Shown here in pieces: positions 57,877-64,000 of a stretch of DNA of 64,000 nucleotides (positions are counted from its first letter, which is position 1; every line of letters begins with the position of its first letter). The notes beneath the pieces are model-generated. The model searched no databases and was not told where the DNA came from. It was given only the letters and a program-made list of their open reading frames with translations. A program made the translations under genes and the position numbers. The DNA is taken from positions 37,416 through 101,415 of the forward strand of contig CAMHNI010000001.1 in the NCBI GenBank assembly GCA_946186505.1. Direction: 5' to 3'. Source of the DNA: an uncultured Prevotellaceae bacterium (GTDB lineage: Bacteria > Bacteroidota > Bacteroidia > Bacteroidales > Bacteroidaceae).

Positions 57877-59691
57877 ATGAAGAAAATACTGAACATCATC
57901 GCACTGGCCCTCATCGCCAGCCTCGCCACAGCCCAGACGGGCGTCACCTTTGTGATCGACGAGAATCTCTCGCCTGTTGAAAATGATGCTATCGAGAAAT
58001 ACCAAAGCAGTGGCGCTCAGGCGCTCAACGGGATTTTTCATGACGAAGGCGTTCCCGGCGACACCCACGCCAAGATTGCCTGGAGCTTCGCTGACGACGA
58101 GAAGTTTTACACCTTTACCGGGAAGGACGTTTTCTTCAAGACGGTTGTGCGGGCCTACGCCGAGCACCGTCCGCTCGTGCTCTCGCCCGACATGATTTGG
58201 GTGCTCATCAGTCAGGGGTTCGCCCGCTATGTAAATGCTCACCCCGAGCAGCTGCGCGACCAGCTGGTGAACCACTCAGGGAAGATGGACCTCGTGGTGC
58301 AGTCCGACAAGGACTTGCTCTCCGGCGATGCCGACTGGCAGAAGCTGATGGCCGACTTCACGGCACAGATCAACGATGCCACCAAGGGCGACATCGCCAA
58401 GACCATCACCGCCGACTTCACTACCACGGGCATCACCGAGCGCATCACCTCGCAGATTACGCTGATGGAGACCATGAAGAGCTATTTCGACTATGTGGTC
58501 CATTATATAGCCTGCGGCATCCCTTCCGTCACGCTTACCGGCACGCCCCAAGACTGGCAGAAAGTGCTTGAGAAGACGCAGCAGCTGCAGAAGTATGCCG
58601 TCGGCCCGTGGACAAAGCGCCTCGTCCCCATCCTGACGGAGTTTGTCAAAGCCTCCGAGGGGAAGGCCGACCAAGCTTTCTGGCAGGGCATGGTCAAGAA
58701 ACAACGTGTTGATAAATTGGCTGGTGGCGGGTGCGACTTCCGCAAACCTACGAAGCTGGACGGATGGATACTCAAGTTCTTCCCCGACGAGAACGGACAG
58801 ACGCCCGACCAGGTGCCACACACGCACAAGATGCCATCGGAACGGGTGTATGTGGACTTCAAATACAAGGTGATTAGCCCTGCCGACGGTACGGTCCTCA
58901 CTGATATCCCGATGCAGCTCGTGGCCGGCTTCATCGGAACAGAGGTGGACACCCTGACACATGCCCTTACACCCAAGATGGGGTGGGTGGTGCGACAGAT
59001 GGAGGGCAGCGACAGCATCGTGAAGCGACTCCAGAAGATGGACTCAGAGGATTCCTTCTTCGGCATCGAATTGCGCGTGAACAAAGTGCCCGAACACCTT
59101 GCCCAGTTGCCGCACATCAAGCGGCTGACCCTCTACTTTACCGACAAAGTCGAACTGCCCGAGTGGTTCTATCATCTGCAGATTGACAACCTGCGCATCG
59201 ATGGCGAGATGACCGGCGAGCAGGAAGCCGCCATCTGGAAGCATTTCCCCAATGCCATTCTCAATTCAAAGGGAGCCGCATCAAGGAGCGACATTCCTGC
59301 CGTTCCTTCCGTCGAACAGATTCTGCAGCGGCAGGGTTTAAGCGCCCTGCCGATACCTACACGCGAGGTAACCAAGGCTAAAAAAGCGAATAAGAAAAGA
59401 GTGAAGGCCGGCAAGAAGATCTCCGGCATCGTGAAAGACGAGTTCGACCCCGTTTTCGGCGCTATCGTCTGCGAGGTCAACGAAAACGGCCAAGTCGTGG
59501 CTTCAACTATTACTGACGTCAACGGCAACTTCACGCTCAAAGTAGTTGACCCTCAGGACAAACTCCGCATCTCGTACATAGGATTACGGACTGTGATGCT
59601 CGACATCGACCGCAAAGCGTACAACGTCATGATGAAACCGTCGACTATTTTGAAGACGGTTCCAGTAACTCCTAAAAAGCGTGCTGATTAA
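57877..59691 (+). CDS. Secreted DUF4419-like protein with a C-terminal carboxypeptidase-regulatory-like domain
   Basis: 604 aa with a signal peptide. The DUF4419-type block (by eye) reads ...LVLSPDMIWVLISQGFARYV... The last 90 aa resemble the N-terminal domain of the SusC-like protein in this window. Confidence 0.6.
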   Translation: MKKILNIIALALIASLATAQTGVTFVIDENLSPVENDAIEKYQSSGAQALNGIFHDEGVPGDTHAKIAWSFADDEKFYTFTGKDVFFKTVVRAYAEHRPLVLSPDMIWVLISQGFARYVNAHPEQLRDQLVNHSGKMDLVVQSDKDLLSGDADWQKLMADFTAQINDATKGDIAKTITADFTTTGITERITSQITLMETMKSYFDYVVHYIACGIPSVTLTGTPQDWQKVLEKTQQLQKYAVGPWTKRLVPILTEFVKASEGKADQAFWQGMVKKQRVDKLAGGGCDFRKPTKLDGWILKFFPDENGQTPDQVPHTHKMPSERVYVDFKYKVISPADGTVLTDIPMQLVAGFIGTEVDTLTHALTPKMGWVVRQMEGSDSIVKRLQKMDSEDSFFGIELRVNKVPEHLAQLPHIKRLTLYFTDKVELPEWFYHLQIDNLRIDGEMTGEQEAAIWKHFPNAILNSKGAASRSDIPAVPSVEQILQRQGLSALPIPTREVTKAKKANKKRVKAGKKISGIVKDEFDPVFGAIVCEVNENGQVVASTITDVNGNFTLKVVDPQDKLRISYIGLRTVMLDIDRKAYNVMMKPSTILKTVPVTPKKRAD

Positions 59692-59696
59692 ATTTC

Positions 59697-59727
59697 AAGC
59701 CGAAAGTTTTGCGCTTTCGGCTTTTTT
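59697..59727 (+). terminator. Intrinsic terminator
   Basis: The stem is AAGCCGAAAG / CTTTCGGCTT with a 7-nt loop, followed by TTTT. Confidence 0.8.
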
Positions 59728-59730
59728 GTT

Positions 59731-59738
59731 TACTTTTG
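59731..59738 (+). promoter_or_regulatory. Bacteroidetes -7 promoter box (TACTTTTG) for the DUF2264-like gene
   Basis: TAnnTTTG 38 nt upstream of the ATG at 59776. Confidence 0.5.
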
Positions 59739-59775
59739 CATCCTGAACAGCCAAGAAATACTAAAACAAAAACCT

Positions 59776-61041
59776 ATGAAGAAAGCAATTATCCTACTGG
59801 TGGCGCTGATGGCGCTGATGCCTGTCGAGGCAAAGAAGGTGAAGAAGGCGGTGCAGACCGACCGCGAATACTGGGCAGGACTGACCTACAAGATGGCGGC
59901 TCCTGTCCTGGAGAACATGGCCAAGGGCGAACTGCAGAAGAACATGAAGACGGAATTCTCGCCCTCGTTCGACAACCGCAACCGCAAGGTGGTCTACATG
60001 GAGACCTTCGGGCGCCTGATGGCGGGCATTGCCCCGTGGCTCTCGCTACCCGACGACGACACCGCCGAGGGACACCTGCGACACCAGCTGCGCGAGTGGG
60101 CACTGGCCTCGTATAAGAACAGCGTCGACCCGCAGTCGCCCGACTATCTCGTCTGGGGTGCCTCCGGCCAGAATCTCGTGGACGCCGCTTACATCGCCGA
60201 GTCGTTCATCCGTGCCTACGATGCCCTGTGGGTGCCGCTCGACCAAACCACGAAAGACCGCTATATCGCGGAGTTCAAGAAACTGCGCTCCATCGAGCCG
60301 CCCTACACCAACTGGTTCCTCTTCTCCTCGGTTATCGAGAGCTTCATTGCCAAGGCCGTGGGTCTGAAGGAGTACGACGACTTCCGCGTGATGATGACCA
60401 TCCGCAAGGTCGAGGAGTGGTATGTGGGCGACGGCTGGTATGCCGACGGCCCCGTCTTCGCCTTCGACTACTACTCGAGCTACGTCTTCCACGCCATGTA
60501 CTTGGAGACGCTGCAGAACATGATCGACGCCAAGGCCAACACCCGCTTGGAATACAAGAAGTACTACGACCGTGCGCTGAAGCGCGCCCAGAAGTTCAGT
60601 ATTATCCTCGAGCGCTTCATCTCGCCCGAGGGCACCTTCCCCGTCATCGGCCGGAGCACGCCCTACCGTCTGGCTGCTATGCAGCCCTTAGCCTTGATGG
60701 CCTGGTACCAGAAGCTGCCGAAGGATTTGTCAAACGGACAGGTGCGCGCCGCCCTCACCGCCGTGATGCACCGAATGTTCGACCAACAGCAGAACTATAA
60801 CGATGCTGGTTTCCTGACCATCGGCTTCTGCGGCTCGCAGCCTGAGACGGCCGACTGGTACACCAACAATGGCTCGCTCTACATGACCAGCCTCTCGTTC
60901 ATGCCCCTTGGTCTGCCCGCCGACCATCCGTTCTGGACCGACAAGGCCGAGCCGTGGACGCAGGTCAAGGCCTGGGGCGGACAACCCTTCCCGAAGGACC
61001 ACCGTTGGGCCGACGATATCCAGACGAAAGACCGCTGGTAA
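59776..61041 (+). CDS. Secreted DUF2264-like protein, possibly glycan-related
   Basis: 421 aa with a signal peptide. The sequence looks alpha/alpha-toroid-like (...YTNWFLFSSVIESF..., ...GDGWYADG...). The family assignment comes from memory of DUF2264 proteins and is not verified. Confidence 0.6.
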   Translation: MKKAIILLVALMALMPVEAKKVKKAVQTDREYWAGLTYKMAAPVLENMAKGELQKNMKTEFSPSFDNRNRKVVYMETFGRLMAGIAPWLSLPDDDTAEGHLRHQLREWALASYKNSVDPQSPDYLVWGASGQNLVDAAYIAESFIRAYDALWVPLDQTTKDRYIAEFKKLRSIEPPYTNWFLFSSVIESFIAKAVGLKEYDDFRVMMTIRKVEEWYVGDGWYADGPVFAFDYYSSYVFHAMYLETLQNMIDAKANTRLEYKKYYDRALKRAQKFSIILERFISPEGTFPVIGRSTPYRLAAMQPLALMAWYQKLPKDLSNGQVRAALTAVMHRMFDQQQNYNDAGFLTIGFCGSQPETADWYTNNGSLYMTSLSFMPLGLPADHPFWTDKAEPWTQVKAWGGQPFPKDHRWADDIQTKDRW

Positions 61042-61056
61042 GAAAAGTAGTTGCTA

Positions 61057-61467
61057 TCAACGGATAGCCAAAGCTTCATCCTCGGCAGCCTCCATCAGTT
61101 CACGCTCACCCGGTCCCTTATCGTTAAGACCGCAGAGATGGAGGATGCCGTGGATGATGACACGATGCAGTTCCTCGTTGTAGTCCTTGTGGAATTTCTC
61201 GGCATTGGTGCGTACGGTGTCGAGCGATATGACAAGGTCGCCGTTCAGTGTGTCACCTTCGTCGTAGTCGAAGGTGATGATGTCGGTGTAATAGTCGTGA
61301 CCAAGGTATTCGCGGTTCACCTCAAGAATGTGATTGTCATCGCAGAAAAGGTAGCCTATCTCGCCCACCTTTTTATTATAGGTGGCAGCCACGCGTCGAA
61401 TCCATGCTGTGGTGTCACGGCGACGGATGGCTGGCATCTTGACGTTTTCTGTGTTATAGGTTATCAT
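61057..61467 (-). CDS. ybeY: rRNA maturation endoribonuclease YbeY
   Basis: 136 aa with the zinc motif HGILHLCGLND (HxxxHxxGxxH-type). Confidence 0.9.
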   Translation of the reverse strand: MITYNTENVKMPAIRRRDTTAWIRRVAATYNKKVGEIGYLFCDDNHILEVNREYLGHDYYTDIITFDYDEGDTLNGDLVISLDTVRTNAEKFHKDYNEELHRVIIHGILHLCGLNDKGPGERELMEAAEDEALAIR

Positions 61468-61475
61468 GTCTATGA

Positions 61476-61919
61476 TTATTTGGGGAGGAATTGGGATACG
61501 TCAACACCGAAATGGCTGAGCTCGCGCAATGCGCTGCTTGAGATGCTGGCAAGTTCAGGCTCTGTATATAGCAGGATAGTCTCTATGCCGCCAAGACGGC
61601 GGTTGAAGTCAGCCTGCCATTGCTCATATTCAAAGTCGGAGACGGAACGGACACCCTTGACAATGAATTGCGCACCCTCATTGCGTGCAAAATCCATGGC
61701 TAATCCGAAATAGACTTTCACTTCGATGGCAGGAAAGTCTTTGTAGAGGTTCCTGATGGCTTCCATCCGCGTTTCTGCGGGACTCATGTTGGGCTTATGT
61801 ACATTGTCACCTACAACACCAATTATTAACCGGTCGAATAATGGCAATGCACGGCGCACGATAGAATCGTGTCCGATAGTAAAAGGGTCAAAAGTGCCCA
61901 CAAATATTCCTGTTTTCAT
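61476..61919 (-). CDS. coaD: Pantetheine-phosphate adenylyltransferase
   Basis: The protein begins MKTGIFVGTFDPFTIGHDSIV (the nucleotidyltransferase T/HxGH motif) and contains ...ISSSALRE... I trimmed the start to the ATG at 61919 because the -7 box lies at 61929-61936. Confidence 0.9.
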   Translation of the reverse strand: MKTGIFVGTFDPFTIGHDSIVRRALPLFDRLIIGVVGDNVHKPNMSPAETRMEAIRNLYKDFPAIEVKVYFGLAMDFARNEGAQFIVKGVRSVSDFEYEQWQADFNRRLGGIETILLYTEPELASISSSALRELSHFGVDVSQFLPK

Positions 61920-61928
61920 ATTTGCGGG

Positions 61929-61936
61929 CAAAGTTA
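61929..61936 (-). promoter_or_regulatory. Bacteroidetes -7 promoter box (TAACTTTG) for coaD-ybeY
   Basis: TAnnTTTG on the minus strand, 10 nt upstream of the ATG at 61919, giving a near-leaderless arrangement. It lies inside the 3' end of the XRE gene. Confidence 0.45.
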
Positions 61937-61968
61937 CGAAAAAATCGAGAGCAGAACAAAAAGTTTTC

Positions 61969-62190
61969 TCACTTTTTAGGCTTTCCGTCCTTAAAACATT
62001 CTTTAGAGAGGTCATTAAAGAAATCATACTCCAGGATAAGGCCTATTTTCTGCAGTAGTCCCGTGCTGATATCCTTCCGGCTGAAAATGTTATAGACGTT
62101 AGTTCGTTCGCAGTCAATTTCCCTGGCCAACCATGTTACAGGCTTGCGTCTTTGTTCCAGTACCTCCTTGATTTTCTTTCCGATATGCAT
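61969..62190 (-). CDS. XRE-family helix-turn-helix transcriptional regulator (73 aa)
   Basis: The sequence is MHIGKKIKEVLEQRRKPVTWLAREIDCERTNVYNIFSRKDIS..., a typical HTH_3-like layout. Confidence 0.7.
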   Translation of the reverse strand: MHIGKKIKEVLEQRRKPVTWLAREIDCERTNVYNIFSRKDISTGLLQKIGLILEYDFFNDLSKECFKDGKPKK

Positions 62191-62283
62191 AAAGTCCTCA
62201 TTTAGTTAATATTACTTTTTCCTTTGTTGTTGGTTTGTAGCCAGAATTGTACACATTCTTACTACGGGCATTCTAATTGGGGA

Positions 62284-62291
62284 CAAATATA
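62284..62291 (-). promoter_or_regulatory. Bacteroidetes -7 promoter box (TATATTTG) upstream of the XRE gene
   Basis: TAnnTTTG on the minus strand, about 94 nt upstream of the ATG at 62190. Confidence 0.4.
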
Positions 62292-62377
62292 CAAAAAAAA
62301 TTGATGCAACAGGCGAATTTTTAGTGAAAATAAATTAAAACACCAAAAAGAAGAGTTTGTAGCCCGAAAATTGTCAC

Positions 62378-63253
62378 TTAATACTCCACATACGGCTCTA
62401 ATCGTTCTGTAGCTTCTGGCGGAAAGTTGCGTGACAGACTCAGCTGTCGTAAGTCTTCAAGACGACCGTGCAAGCGGCGGTAGTCCACTATTTCGCGGGC
62501 TTGGTAGAAATTGATGTATGGATGTCGTTTCAGCTCGTTCATGCTTAGGCGATTCAGGTTTATCTTTTTCAGTTGTGTCGAGTCAGGGATGATGAAGAAG
62601 CTGATGGCTGTTTCCGGGAAGTTCTCAATCTCTAATAGTTGTTGTATGCGGTAATAGCCGCCTAATCGTCGGCGGTACTCCACAATTTGACGGGCAAAGT
62701 GTGAACCGATTCCAGGCACCTTACGCAACTGGTTGGTGTCGGCAAGATTCAGCACGATGCGTTCGTCTGGTAACAGTTTGACCGGATAACGCAAAGTGTC
62801 ACGCTCACTTGCTGGTTCATAATTATATAAACTGTCGGCATGATTTTCTACAGAAATGAGCATATATGGTTTTAATCGCTGGTATTGTTTGGCAGTCAGT
62901 CCGTAAAGGCGGGCAAAGTCACTCGGTTTGCGGAAAACGCCTCCGGCCTCGCGGTATTTATAGATGTTACGAACCTGCCATGATTTCAGTCCTAAACGTA
63001 GCAGTTCTGTGCTGTCAGCAGTGTTGGGGTCGAAGGGGAACAGTTCAGGAACCTTTGACACATCATGGCGAAAAAACTGTTTGTTCTTATGGGCATACCC
63101 CTTCTCACCTTTAGAACTGGGTATTTGTTCCAATGGTGCTTCCTCTTGCCGACCTGTGGTCAGTTGGATGACTGCCAGCGACACCACGATGATGCATAGC
63201 AATATGATGATAGTGCGGCGATCGGACTTTTGCAGATAGAAAAACTTGCTCAT
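62378..63253 (-). CDS. ComEA-like helix-hairpin-helix DNA-binding protein
   Basis: 291 aa with an N-terminal TM anchor. HhH-type segments repeat: ...NTADSTELLRLGL..., ...NQLRKVPGIGSHFARQIVEYR..., ...MNELKRHPYINFYQAREIVDYR... Confidence 0.7.
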   Translation of the reverse strand: MSKFFYLQKSDRRTIIILLCIIVVSLAVIQLTTGRQEEAPLEQIPSSKGEKGYAHKNKQFFRHDVSKVPELFPFDPNTADSTELLRLGLKSWQVRNIYKYREAGGVFRKPSDFARLYGLTAKQYQRLKPYMLISVENHADSLYNYEPASERDTLRYPVKLLPDERIVLNLADTNQLRKVPGIGSHFARQIVEYRRRLGGYYRIQQLLEIENFPETAISFFIIPDSTQLKKINLNRLSMNELKRHPYINFYQAREIVDYRRLHGRLEDLRQLSLSRNFPPEATERLEPYVEY

Positions 63254-63293
63254 AGGTCACATCTTCAGCTGCATTATGCCACCATCTCGACGG

Positions 63294-63301
63294 CAAAATT
63301 A
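63294..63301 (-). promoter_or_regulatory. Bacteroidetes -7 promoter box (TAATTTTG) for the ComEA-like gene
   Basis: TAnnTTTG on the minus strand, 41 nt upstream of the ATG at 63253. Confidence 0.4.
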
Positions 63302-63418
63302 AAACATATTTCTGATACTCCCAAATTTTGGAGAAACTATTTCATTCTTACCTCTTCCATCAGCCCTCATACATTTACTATCCTTCTCCCTCTACTGCTC
63401 GACTTTAGTCACTTGCCC

Positions 63419-63997
63419 TCAGTCTTTCATGAGTTTCTCCAATTCCGAATCGGGCTTATCAAGAAGTTCGTTGGTTTTGTAGAATTTCGTGAGCATGGTG
63501 GCAAAGACCTTGTTGTTGTAGATGAAGACAAAGTCATAGTAGCCGGGATTAACCTCCTCGGGATGAAGGTAGAAGGAACCCCAATGACTGTTTTCTTCAG
63601 CGTCGGGGTCTTTGTTCAGTTCACATCCCTGAACATAACCAGGGGTTTCGTCGTTCAAGGCGTTCTTCAGGTAGAAGCCCTGGTCGTCCTTGTGTTGGAA
63701 GACCATCACCTTGATGTCTGTCGTCGCAGTTGCCTGCGGATGAAACTCTACCCATTCGTCAAGTTCAAAAACGGAGCGGATACCTTCGGCGGCATAAGGC
63801 TTTTTGTTGAAATCAACGCTGCCGCAACGGTTACCAGCCAGAGTCAGGGCCTTCATGACAGGCTGTTCCCCCTCTTTGAGATTCACGAAATTGAGTTTGC
63901 CAAGCACCATCTTGTCTTGGGCCTGTGCGGTGTTGTTGCCGATGACTGTCGAAGCCATTGCAAGTACTACGGTTAAGAATAAAGCAAATCTTTTCAT
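63419..63997 (-). CDS. Secreted hypothetical protein
   Basis: 192-aa ORF with a signal peptide (MKRFALFLTVVLAMASTVIG). No recognisable family motif. Confidence 0.6.
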   Translation of the reverse strand: MKRFALFLTVVLAMASTVIGNNTAQAQDKMVLGKLNFVNLKEGEQPVMKALTLAGNRCGSVDFNKKPYAAEGIRSVFELDEWVEFHPQATATTDIKVMVFQHKDDQGFYLKNALNDETPGYVQGCELNKDPDAEENSHWGSFYLHPEEVNPGYYDFVFIYNNKVFATMLTKFYKTNELLDKPDSELEKLMKD

Positions 63998-64000
63998 ATA

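Overview
The window looks like a chromosomal segment of a Bacteroidales genome, probably Prevotellaceae-like. The evidence is SusC/SusD genes, lipoprotein signals, TAnnTTTG -7 promoter boxes, no Shine-Dalgarno sequences, and a GC content that looks fairly high by eye.

Gene content, left to right:
- A minus-strand SusC/SusD locus with three fasciclin (FAS1) lipoproteins and no CAZyme. The last gene runs off the left edge and is missing from the ORF track.
- xerD, a carboxylesterase fusion, buk and a GH35 beta-galactosidase.
- A promoter-plus-terminator unit with no gene, which I call a candidate sRNA.
- secDF, an EEP-family protein, a rhomboid protease and HU.
- A Wza/Wzc/PHP-phosphatase module, a kinase, and trpS overlapping a Fur-family gene.
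- Two ECF sigma modules.
- A roughly 1 kb decayed region with truncated gene fragments and short repeats.
- An AKR / amidohydrolase / Zn-ADH / FucP-type operon that resembles the Bacteroides vulgatus L-galactose pathway. It ends in a large beta-propeller protein with a dockerin-type tail.
- An LPS-core cluster: MsbA-like, LTA-synthase-like, LpxL-like, a kinase, two LicD, GT9 and GT4.
- GH51, GH105, DUF4419, DUF2264, ybeY, coaD, an XRE regulator and a ComEA-like protein.

No rRNA, tRNA, CRISPR array, transposase or recognisable defence system was seen.

The most unusual signals are:
1. A 30-35 nt GC-rich hairpin plus G-tract mini-element in five copies. Four sit in frame and in sense orientation inside unrelated genes.
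2. Heptanucleotide tandem repeats that fill the spacers directly 5' of five start codons.

All functional calls rest on motif recognition by eye. No searches were run.
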